64,000 bases of DNA, from positions 99,730-163,729 of the forward strand of contig OZ242948.1 of the NCBI GenBank assembly GCA_965211635.1. Reading direction: 5' to 3'. Shown one piece after another: positions 46,979 through 54,733 of the stretch. The position numbers and the translations under genes are program-made. A model generated the notes under the pieces. It did no database searches. It worked only from the letters and a program-made list of their open reading frames with translations, and had not been told where the DNA came from. Within the stretch, counting starts at the first letter, position 1; the number at the start of each line of letters is the position of its first letter. This DNA is from Dehalococcoidia bacterium (lineage in GTDB: Bacteria; Chloroflexota; Dehalococcoidia; Bin125).

Positions 46979-47383
46979 ATGTCCTTGTTCCAGACCGCCT
47001 CCGCCCACTGCGACCTGCCTTGCGGCGTCTACGACCCCGCCCAGGCCAAGATCGAAGCGATGTCCGTCCTCAAGTCGATGGAGAAGTACAACGACTCCGA
47101 CGACCACGACTTCAAGGCCCGCTGCACCATCGTCAAGGAACAGCGCGCCGAGGAGGTCAAGCACCACCTCTGGGTCCTCTGGACCGACTTCTTCAAGCCC
47201 CACCACCTCGAGGCCGACGCCTCGATCCACGAGCTCATGTGGAACGCGACCAAGGTCGCCGGCGAAGCCAAGAAGACCAACGACGTCGCCAAAGGCCAGG
47301 AACTGATCGACCTGATCGACCAGATCAGCGACAAGTTCTGGGCCACCGCCGAGGGTCCGGGCGCCGGCGTCTACGCGCAGTAG
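46979..47383 (+). CDS. sodN: Nickel superoxide dismutase precursor
   Basis: Pro-peptide MSLFQTASA, then the Ni-hook HCDLPCGVYDPAQA… of mature Ni-SOD. Alternative starts in the ORF are at 46907 and 46940. Confidence 0.85.
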   Translation: MSLFQTASAHCDLPCGVYDPAQAKIEAMSVLKSMEKYNDSDDHDFKARCTIVKEQRAEEVKHHLWVLWTDFFKPHHLEADASIHELMWNATKVAGEAKKTNDVAKGQELIDLIDQISDKFWATAEGPGAGVYAQ

Positions 47384-47395
47384 GACTGCGGTTCC

Positions 47396-47445
47396 CTTCT
47401 CCCCCCGCGAAGCGGGGGGAGATGCCGAAGGCAGAGGGGGGCACC
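47396..47445 (+). repeat. REP/RPE-like repeat, copy 9 (canonical core)
   Basis: cttctccccccgcgaagcggggggagatgccgaaggcagaggggggcacc, immediately after the sodN stop. Confidence 0.85.
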
Positions 47446-47470
47446 CGCCATTCTGACGGAGTAACTCCCG

Positions 47471-49318
47471 CTAGGAGCCTGCGGCCATGGCGAAGTCGGC
47501 GGGCGAGTCGTCATACTCCTCGACCGGTGCACCGGCGGAGAAGGCGGCGTCATCTCGAGATATCTGCTTACCCATCGCTCGCTCTATCAGATTGAGCAAC
47601 CGTTCCGCTCTGAGGGAGAAGAATTGCCAAAAGTCGTCGTCGCGCAGGGGCTCTTCACCAATGAGATGAGAGCGGAGCACTGCAGAGAGCCGCTCCGGTG
47701 CAATCTCCTCTTCCAGCCTGATTAGGTACGCGGAAGGCGCGCGGCCGCCGATCATGCGATTGGTGTGCGCGGAGATCGCGGTCTTGTTGATGATGCTGTT
47801 GTACTTCGCAGGAGGAATCGGCGGCTTGCTCTCGTTGCACCACTTCTGTGGGAATACGTGGTGGATATCGACCGACTCCTCGTCGACCACTTGAAAGACG
47901 AGCGGCTCGGCAGTTCTAAAGTCGAGCGAACCCTCTCGCATAAGCAGCGCGTGAATGCCCTTGTATGCCGCGCTGTTTCGAGTTCGCAGTGTGAGCAACC
48001 GATTGGCCTGAAATCCAGCGTCCCGAATCGTTGAAGGCTCGCCGCCTTGTGAACGAATCCAGTTGACCACCTCCACCAAATCGCGAGCAAAGGTCGATTC
48101 GACGGCACTTCCGTACATCTCCCCAAGCACCCCGCACCAGTACCACTTGGCGATGTTCTGTTGGACAGAGTCAGCAGAGGCGTGGTGTCCTAAGTCAGCA
48201 AAGATCGCAGCCAGAGGGACGAGCTGTGTCTGATAGGGAACGTCTTGCGACTTGAAGACGTGCTGCCGCCGCAGAAACCGCGCAGCTTCTATGAACCCGT
48301 TCTCAATGGCGTCGGCCCATCTCTTGTACTCAGCCAGCGATAGCTGCAGAATCTCGCGTCTCCGACAACCAACCGCAGGTTGCCGTTCCGCGCCTGGGTT
48401 TTGGCTGACCGCTCTGCGGCGACGCTCTAGTGTCGCCAACAGCGTCACTGCTTGGAGGAACTGATCACCTTGGACGCTGGCAAGAATGCCGAACTTCTCT
48501 CTCATCCGGTCCCGCCGTTGTTCCCAGTTCTCTCGAAGCTGGAAACTGTCAGCCGCGAATGATGCCGTGACGAGCTCGAACACCGTTAGCGTCACGCCAC
48601 CTGTATTGACCTTCTCAAACACGAGGCAGACCGCTTCCTTGGTCGTGCTCTTTGCCATTTGAATCACTGGGACCTGGTACTTTTTGAAGCGCTCGATCAC
48701 CTCGGCCTCGAAGCGGTCATAGAGATCGACCAATTCATCTGCATGTTTGTGATACCTGTTGAACTCCCTGCGCCAACTGGCAGCGTCGAATATCTGATCG
48801 AGCGGGAACAGAGCTTGCTCGTACTCTTGCTCTGGCGTTGAGAGGTCAAGTTCTATGTCTCGAAGTCGCCGGATCTGTCGATCGGCTGGTACGCCGAAGA
48901 TCCATTCGTCCCTCTCTCCTTCATCGCTCAGCGCAAGATTCATGTCGATGTAGTAGTGCCTGTGCAGGATTTTTCCCCGAGTGTCGCGCGTCCGGACCGG
49001 AGACTTAGTGAAGAGAGCCTGATACAGCGAGGTCAACCGCTGTTGGCCATCGAGCAACAGCGTGTCAGGAACAGGAGGGTCGTCAAGGCTGGCACCTTCA
49101 ATCACCCGCGGCTTGAAGGCAACGTCGCCGCCATTCTCCAAGGTCATGATCGCATTGATCGGGAATGAGACGGAGATACTAGCGATCAAGCTACGAATTC
49201 GCTCGTCGTCCCAGACCCACGGGCGCTGAAAGTCCGGTAGCTGCAATGAACCCTCATTGACAGCCTTGAGCAAATCGGCGAGTCGCACCTCGTTAGTTGT
49301 GAAATCGGCTCCAAGCAC
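47471..49318 (-). CDS. DUF262 (ParB-like NTPase) + DUF1524 (His-Me finger nuclease) protein: GmrSD-type type IV restriction / SspE-like defense nuclease
   Basis: N-terminal …LPDFQRPWVWDDERIRSLIASI…FPINAIM… (DUF262 DGQQR-type: …LLDGQQRLTSL…). C-terminal …HHVFPQKW… (DUF1524). Segment GC ~56%. Confidence 0.8.
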   Translation of the reverse strand: MLGADFTTNEVRLADLLKAVNEGSLQLPDFQRPWVWDDERIRSLIASISVSFPINAIMTLENGGDVAFKPRVIEGASLDDPPVPDTLLLDGQQRLTSLYQALFTKSPVRTRDTRGKILHRHYYIDMNLALSDEGERDEWIFGVPADRQIRRLRDIELDLSTPEQEYEQALFPLDQIFDAASWRREFNRYHKHADELVDLYDRFEAEVIERFKKYQVPVIQMAKSTTKEAVCLVFEKVNTGGVTLTVFELVTASFAADSFQLRENWEQRRDRMREKFGILASVQGDQFLQAVTLLATLERRRRAVSQNPGAERQPAVGCRRREILQLSLAEYKRWADAIENGFIEAARFLRRQHVFKSQDVPYQTQLVPLAAIFADLGHHASADSVQQNIAKWYWCGVLGEMYGSAVESTFARDLVEVVNWIRSQGGEPSTIRDAGFQANRLLTLRTRNSAAYKGIHALLMREGSLDFRTAEPLVFQVVDEESVDIHHVFPQKWCNESKPPIPPAKYNSIINKTAISAHTNRMIGGRAPSAYLIRLEEEIAPERLSAVLRSHLIGEEPLRDDDFWQFFSLRAERLLNLIERAMGKQISRDDAAFSAGAPVEEYDDSPADFAMAAGS

Positions 49319-49389
49319 TGGCTACTCCCTTTCTTGCATGACTCGGCGCCTTGGCGCCACCTGGTCCCCGGAGGGGGCAATCGCACAGC

Positions 49390-49773
49390 CTACCGACCGA
49401 ACTCCCCCTCGCCCTCCGGCTCAGCCAACTGCGCCGTCAATCCCGATGTCGGCGCGTAGCCGCGCTCGGTGACCTCCAGGTGGACGCCCTCGTGATCCTG
49501 CAGGCAGGCGATCACCTGGAAGAGGTTGCGCGCCTGCGGATTGCCCGCCGGGCCGAACATCCGCATCAGGCTCTTGGGCGATCGGGCCGTGCGCGATCCC
49601 AGCTCCTCGAAGCCCAGCGTGGCGTTGATGTAGTCGCGCAGTACGAGCTTGCCCGTGTCCAGATCGCCGCTCAGCAGGCACTCGACGCCTTCGTGCAGCA
49701 GCGCCCGACGAAACGCCGAATCGCTCTGCGCGCGGGCCTGCACCGTCTCCTTGAAGTCGCGTGTCAGTGCCAT
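49390..49773 (-). CDS. Putative addiction-module antidote protein (COG3636/HigA-like HTH antitoxin)
   Basis: MALTRDFKETVQ…, …SPKSLMRMFGPAGNPQARNLFQVIACL… matches the COG3636 pattern as recalled. Confidence 0.65.
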   Translation of the reverse strand: MALTRDFKETVQARAQSDSAFRRALLHEGVECLLSGDLDTGKLVLRDYINATLGFEELGSRTARSPKSLMRMFGPAGNPQARNLFQVIACLQDHEGVHLEVTERGYAPTSGLTAQLAEPEGEGEFGR

Positions 49774-49775
49774 CG

Positions 49776-49891
49776 TTCATTCCTCTCGCCGCCGCGCGTG
49801 CATCGAGGCCGTCGAACCAGCGACCGAACGCGCTTCGTCCGTGCTCGTCGATGTATTCGCTAACCTCAATCACGACCTGATGGTAACACAT
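49776..49891 (-). pseudogene. Truncated remnant (~38 codons) of a COG3657 RelE/ParE-like addiction-module killer gene
   Basis: …VIEVSEYIDEHGRSAFGRWFDGLDARAAAR… is the typical N-terminus of the toxin family. Only 118 nt separate this start from the antitoxin start; the ORF's downstream 470-nt continuation is non-homologous frame read-through. Confidence 0.5.
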
Positions 49892-49934
49892 CGGTTACCA
49901 GAGAGGCAGAGGAATCAGGACATGGTGGAATAGT

Positions 49935-49956
49935 CCCCGGGAGGACTCGAACCTCC
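49935..49956 (-). repeat. 22-bp direct repeat of the tRNA-Arg 3' end (att-like)
   Basis: ccccgggaggactcgaacctcc is identical to 51674-51695 (T-arm plus acceptor 3' strand of the tRNA at 51668-51744). No cloverleaf or CCA here. Confidence 0.55.
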
Positions 49957-49990
49957 GGGTTTTGAAGCTCTGCGGGGGGTGTCCCAGGCG

Positions 49991-51430
49991 CTAGCGCACT
50001 CGCCTCACCCGCGAGCGGCGCGGGGTCGGTTGCTGCAACTCGGGATCGTCGTTCCACGGTTGGCGAATGAACCGGACTCCCAGGCTTCGGTCGATCTCTC
50101 GCCACTTGGACTCTTCCTCCGACGTGACGAAGGTGATCGCTTCGCCGTCGCGGCCCATTCTGCCGGTCCGGCCGACGCGGTGCGTGAAGAGCTGCGGAGA
50201 GTCAGGCAGGTCGTAGTTGATCACCTGTCCCACGCCGTCGATATCGAGGCCGCGCGCCGCGACGTTGGTCGCGACCAGGATTGGCGTGTCACCCGAGCGG
50301 AAGTCGCGCATCACGCGCTCGCGCGCGTTCTGACTCAGGTTGCCCTGCAGCGCGCCCACCGGATAACCCAGCTCGTCCAGCTGGCGGGCCAGCTTCTTCA
50401 CCCCATGCTTGGTCTTGCCGAAGACGATCACCGCCTCGCCGTTGCGCTCGTCCAGCAGAGAGCGCAGCGCGCCAATCTTGTGATCGCGTCGGATCGAGTA
50501 GATCAGATGCGTGACGCTGGGCAGCGCCTGCAGGTCGGCGTCGACCTCCACGGTGGCGGGCTGCCGCAGGTGTTTGGCCGCCGTCTTCGCCACCCAGTCG
50601 GGCAGCGTCGCCGAGAACAGCGCGGTCTGACGTTGGGATGGCGTGTAACCGAGGATCGCCTCGACATCGCGAGCAAAGCCACGATCCAGCATCTCATCCG
50701 CCTCATCCAGGACCAGGAATCGCACCGAACGAAGATCGAGCGTCCCCTGTCGAAGATGGTCCAGGGTGCGACCCGGGGTGCCGATCACGATCTGCGGTCC
50801 GCGCCTGAGGGCCGCATGCTCGGGCCGCGCCGAGCGGCCGCCGTAGAGCAGCGTCGTCTGCAATCCCCGGCCCTTCGCCGCCGCGTCCGTCACCTCGCCC
50901 ACCTGGATCGCCAGTTCCCGGGTCGGCGTGAGCACCAGCGCCTGTACCTCGCGCACCGCAGGATCGCAGCCTTCAAGCAGCGGAATCGCGAACGCCAGGG
51001 TTTTGCCGGAACCGGTCCGCGCCTGACCGATCACGTCGCGACCGGACAGCAGCAGGGGAATCGTCTCTTGCTGAATCGGCGTGGGTTCGGAGATGTCCAT
51101 CGCCGAGAGCGCAGTCATCGTCGAGCGGCTCAGTTCCATTTCGGAAAAGGTCGCGGCCGGACGATCCGCAGCCCGGCTGTTGGCCGAGTCGTTGGGTTGG
51201 CTGGGAGCAACCGGCTTGACTTCGGTGCGCTTGCCCCGCGGCTCTTCCGAAGGAAGGTTCGCGCGGGCGCTGCCGCGTCGACCGGCGTAGCACGGGCTGC
51301 AGTACACCGACCGGTCGGCGCGGGGACGGAACGGAACGCTGGTCGAAGCGCCGCAATCGGCGCAGGTGGCCTGATGGCGAGGCTTGCGTGCGCGCGACCG
51401 TGGCCGCGCAGATGCGGATGCTGGAGGCAT
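49991..51430 (-). CDS. DEAD-box ATP-dependent RNA helicase with N-terminal C4 zinc ribbon
   Basis: CADCG…CSPC ribbon. Q-motif …TPIQQETIP…, AQTGSGKT, DEADEM, SAT, HRVGRTGR. Confidence 0.9.
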   Translation of the reverse strand: MPPASASARPRSRARKPRHQATCADCGASTSVPFRPRADRSVYCSPCYAGRRGSARANLPSEEPRGKRTEVKPVAPSQPNDSANSRAADRPAATFSEMELSRSTMTALSAMDISEPTPIQQETIPLLLSGRDVIGQARTGSGKTLAFAIPLLEGCDPAVREVQALVLTPTRELAIQVGEVTDAAAKGRGLQTTLLYGGRSARPEHAALRRGPQIVIGTPGRTLDHLRQGTLDLRSVRFLVLDEADEMLDRGFARDVEAILGYTPSQRQTALFSATLPDWVAKTAAKHLRQPATVEVDADLQALPSVTHLIYSIRRDHKIGALRSLLDERNGEAVIVFGKTKHGVKKLARQLDELGYPVGALQGNLSQNARERVMRDFRSGDTPILVATNVAARGLDIDGVGQVINYDLPDSPQLFTHRVGRTGRMGRDGEAITFVTSEEESKWREIDRSLGVRFIRQPWNDDPELQQPTPRRSRVRRVR

Positions 51431-51667
51431 AAACAGGGAGGACTCCTCAGGGGATGGACTCAGTCGTGTCGATCAGAGCGGGGACAGGAGGCAAGTGAAG
51501 CAAGAGTGAAGACTGGATGTGATGTAGGGTCTCAAAGCTGTTTCAGATGTCTGAATCAGCGTAGTCGCTGAATGCTCACTCGAGGTATTGCGCAGTAGCC
51601 ATTGTGGTAGCCGCTGCGACAGCGAGATCTCGGCACGACCATCCCGGCGGCCGCCAAATGCCGCCCA

Positions 51668-51744
51668 TGGTCCCCCCGGGAGGACTCGAACCTCCAGCCT
51701 ACGGATTAGAAGTCCGTCGCTCTGTCCGGTTGAGCTACGGGGGG
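51668..51744 (-). tRNA. tRNA-Arg (anticodon TCT)
   Basis: Manual cloverleaf of 77 nt. Acceptor CCCCCCG/CGGGGGG. D-arm GCTC…GAGC with A14 and G18G19. Anticodon stem ACGGA/TCCGT with loop CTTCTAA. T-arm GGAGG-TTCGAGT-CCTCC. Discriminator A and encoded CCA. Confidence 0.85.
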
Positions 51745-53142
51745 TCAGCTTTGCGGATCGCCGGCCACGTAGAAGGCGGCGCCGCGCTTGTCCAATGATA
51801 TGGCGATGCGCTCCGTCTGCGTCCTGCCGTCGGAGAAGTGGAACGCCAACGTAATCGCTCCCTGGTGCGAGCCCTCAGGCACGCCGCGGGCCGCCGCGGA
51901 CAGCTTCAATCGAGAGGGCTGCGGGCCGCTGGCGAAGCCATAACCGATGCCCAGCGCGACTCCGGCCGAGATGTCGACGGCCAGCCAGCTCGGTACGTCC
52001 AGCACGCGCCAGGCAAGCAGGCCGCTGCCATCGTTCTCAATGGAGAGTGGCACCGAGCCGGAGTCGAGCTGAGACGAGGTCAGCTCGATCTCGTCGCCTG
52101 GGAGTCGCTGCACCGGCTCGCCCAACAGCCGTGCGCGCGTCGCCACCGATCGCGATGAATCCGCCGGCGTTCGCGGTTGCGCGCCGGCCGGCAACGACAT
52201 CCGCATCGCCGCGAACGGCGAATCGACGATGCCGGCGATCTGGATGCTGATCGTGTCCAGTCCGCTGTAGAACACGTTCAGATCGAGCGGCCCACGGTCC
52301 ACACCGAGGGTCCCGAGGTCCGGCAACTTGACCGCAACGGGATCCCACAGCCTGCGGCCGCCACGTTCAGGCGGGTTGACGATGCAGCCCAGCACGCGTT
52401 CCTGGTATGGATATGCGCCTGCGGGGCCACGACAGTCGTAGACGCCGCGCGACGGGTTGTAGATCGGATTCCTGGGATGGTTCACCCCGGCCCAGCCGTT
52501 GTAGGCCCACAGCGCGTAGTACCACGACTCGATGTACCGCGGGTCGTGGTCGCCGACGATTGGATAAATCGGCGAGTTCCATTTCTCAGCCAGGATCCGC
52601 GCTCCGGCCGCGATGTTGTAGGCGAAGTGCGTCCCGACCAGCGCCTCGTAGCGCGACGGCAATCCGCCGTCGTTGACAATCGAACTGGTCACCTGCATGA
52701 CCCCATAGCCGCAGTCGAACGACACGAGCGACGGACCTGTGTGGCCGTACCGCACTTCGCTAGCGGCTTGTGTGAGGTGACTCTCGACCCAGGCGATTGC
52801 GTAGAGAATCTCCGCTGGGATCGACGCTTCCGGATCGTCAAGTCGCTTCGGCCCGACTGCCAACGGCGGCAGCAGAAACTCGTCGTCCTCGGGGAAGAGC
52901 GCATTTGACCCCGCAAGCCGCAGCGCGTCGAGGTGCAGGGCGCGTGGTTCGTCCCCTTCGAAAGACTGCATCGAGAACGGCGGCCCGCCGCCGCTGTACA
53001 CGCAACTGGTCGGCGCGGCCGCTGCAACTTCGCTCGAGAGCCATACCGCGACACCGAAACCGCCCACAAGCAGGACAAGGGCAACAGGAATCGACCTGAA
53101 CCGCCCGGCTCTCACGATGCCCGCCAACCGATGTACCTCCAT
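51745..53142 (-). CDS. Secreted lytic transglycosylase-domain protein with C-terminal domain of unknown function
   Basis: N-terminal signal/anchor. SLT-like motif …EILYAIAWVESHLTQAA…GYGVMQV…. Confidence 0.6.
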   Translation of the reverse strand: MEVHRLAGIVRAGRFRSIPVALVLLVGGFGVAVWLSSEVAAAAPTSCVYSGGGPPFSMQSFEGDEPRALHLDALRLAGSNALFPEDDEFLLPPLAVGPKRLDDPEASIPAEILYAIAWVESHLTQAASEVRYGHTGPSLVSFDCGYGVMQVTSSIVNDGGLPSRYEALVGTHFAYNIAAGARILAEKWNSPIYPIVGDHDPRYIESWYYALWAYNGWAGVNHPRNPIYNPSRGVYDCRGPAGAYPYQERVLGCIVNPPERGGRRLWDPVAVKLPDLGTLGVDRGPLDLNVFYSGLDTISIQIAGIVDSPFAAMRMSLPAGAQPRTPADSSRSVATRARLLGEPVQRLPGDEIELTSSQLDSGSVPLSIENDGSGLLAWRVLDVPSWLAVDISAGVALGIGYGFASGPQPSRLKLSAAARGVPEGSHQGAITLAFHFSDGRTQTERIAISLDKRGAAFYVAGDPQS

Positions 53143-53164
53143 CCCCCCGAGGCCAGCGTTTGCG

Positions 53165-53527
53165 TCAACATCTCTTGAGCTCGTTCGTCCCGGATTGGCG
53201 TGCGTCCCGAACGAGACTCCGGGAAGAGCCTGGAATAACAGAGTTGGGATGATCGAGCGAGTCTTCTGCAGGAGTCAGCGCAGGCGATGTAGCGAGAACT
53301 GTCAACGACATGTGTGCATCGAGAGAGTCGGGGGCAAGGAAGGCCGGGCGGCTCGGGTCGTGCGTCAAGGCAAACTGCGCGCCGCTGCCCAACTCGATGG
53401 TCGTGTTGGATTGCGGGTAGAAGAGCCCCAGCAGCAGCCCGATGATGGGCAGCAGCGCGACCAATAGCCAGAGCGCAACTCGGCGCCGCCTCGGCGGCCT
53501 GAATCGTGAGGAATCCACTCGCAGCAT
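53165..53527 (-). CDS. Hypothetical small membrane protein
   Basis: ORF with one clear TM helix (VALWLLVALLPIIGLLLGLF), in the divergent intergenic region. No recognisable family. Confidence 0.25.
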   Translation of the reverse strand: MLRVDSSRFRPPRRRRVALWLLVALLPIIGLLLGLFYPQSNTTIELGSGAQFALTHDPSRPAFLAPDSLDAHMSLTVLATSPALTPAEDSLDHPNSVIPGSSRSLVRDARQSGTNELKRC

Positions 53528-53701
53528 CAGCCCGTCGGCCCCGCCAGGCCACGCTCTCCGACTCTACCACGGTCTCGAGGGGGCTACGGTCTACCAACCT
53601 GCTCGCCAACCTGTGTGAGTCAGCGCTGCGATACTGTGAGCGATATCGATTCAGGACGCCTCGGGCGGCATGCTGCTGCCTGGGGAGTACAGGAGGCCTG
53701 C

Positions 53702-54730
53702 GTGGCTCGGATAGCGATTCTTGGCTTGGGCTACATCGGTGGCTCGATAGGTTTGGGCTTGCGAGCGGCGAAGCTTCGAGATACAGAAGTCATCGGTTTC
53801 GACGATTGGCGCGCGGCGAGAAACCAGGCGAACAAGCGCGAAGCGGTCGACGAGGTAGCAAGCAGTCCCAGAGCAGCGGTTGACGGCGCCGGCCTGGTCG
53901 TCCTGGCCACGCCTCCGGCAGCGACGGCTGAGCTGATGGAGGAGGTCGCGCCGCACCTGGGGCGCGGCGCTGTTGTCACCGACACCGCGGCCTCGAAGGT
54001 GCAGATCGGTCAGTGGGCGCAGCAACACCTACCCAACGGCGTCTCCTTCGTCGGCGGTCACCCGATGGCAGGAGACGCGTCGGCCTTCGGCATCGACAAC
54101 GCCAGCGCCGATCTGTTCCGAGGCAAGCGCTGGTTTGTCAGCCCATCGGCGACCGCCTCCGAGAGCGCTGTCAAGTCCGTCCTTGGCATGGTCAGGGAAC
54201 TCGGCGCGACGCCGCACTTCCTCGACGCAGAAGAACACGACTACGTCATGGCCGCAGTCTCGCACCTGCCGCTGATCGTTTCTTCGACACTGTTCACCAT
54301 GTTGCGCGGCTCAGACGGTTGGCCAGACTTCGGCCGCGCCGCGGGCGACACCTTCCGCTCGATGACGGCGTACAACTCCGGCGACCCCAGCCTGACGACG
54401 GAGATCGCGGTGACCAATCGCGAGCAAGTGAAGCACTGGATCGATCGGCTGGTGTTGGAGCTGGATCGCGTCCGCAACCTGCTTGATGAGCCCGAGGAAG
54501 AGGTCTTTCGAGAGTTCTCCACCGCCCAGATCAACCACGCCCGATTCCTCGGCGGCGATGACATGGATCCCGACCTCGGATCTTCGCCGGAACTGCCGGA
54601 CGCGACCTCGCAGATGGCCGCGCTGCTGGTCAGCCCGAGGCTCTATGACCGCGTTCGTCAGATGACCAAGCGCGGCGAAGAACGGGAAAAGGAACACCAG
54701 GCCCGCGGCGGTCGCTGGAGGCGCGGCTGA
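53702..54730 (+). CDS. tyrA: Prephenate dehydrogenase
   Basis: …IAILGLGYIGGSIGLGL… Rossmann fold. …VGGHPMAG…. GTG at 53702 is preceded by AGGAGG (53691-53696). Confidence 0.85.
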   Translation: MARIAILGLGYIGGSIGLGLRAAKLRDTEVIGFDDWRAARNQANKREAVDEVASSPRAAVDGAGLVVLATPPAATAELMEEVAPHLGRGAVVTDTAASKVQIGQWAQQHLPNGVSFVGGHPMAGDASAFGIDNASADLFRGKRWFVSPSATASESAVKSVLGMVRELGATPHFLDAEEHDYVMAAVSHLPLIVSSTLFTMLRGSDGWPDFGRAAGDTFRSMTAYNSGDPSLTTEIAVTNREQVKHWIDRLVLELDRVRNLLDEPEEEVFREFSTAQINHARFLGGDDMDPDLGSSPELPDATSQMAALLVSPRLYDRVRQMTKRGEEREKEHQARGGRWRRG

Positions 54731-54733
54731 GCC

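Noticed and set aside
4296-47553. Recurrent peptide ...LSLSPREAGGDAEGRGG... in many unrelated ORFs, as if a protein domain
   Set aside because: It is the translation of the nucleotide repeat in one frame. Copies occur in intergenic DNA and in different frames and strands. So it is a DNA/RNA element, not a protein family, apart from the in-frame murE and ftsK cases reported separately.
49421-49891. 156-aa ORF as an intact toxin gene
   Set aside because: Only the first ~38 residues match the COG3657 killer family. The rest overlaps the antitoxin gene in another frame and is low-complexity.
49931-49990. Second tRNA gene
   Set aside because: Only 22 nt (T-arm and acceptor 3' strand) match tRNA-Arg. 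No D-arm, anticodon arm or CCA is present, and no cloverleaf can be drawn. Interpreted as an att-type partial duplication.
53112-53609. 165-aa ORF in the lytic transglycosylase/tyrA divergent region
   Set aside because: Cys/Arg-rich low-complexity sequence with no motifs. The overlapping 120-aa frame with a TM helix is marginally more gene-like and is listed with low confidence instead.
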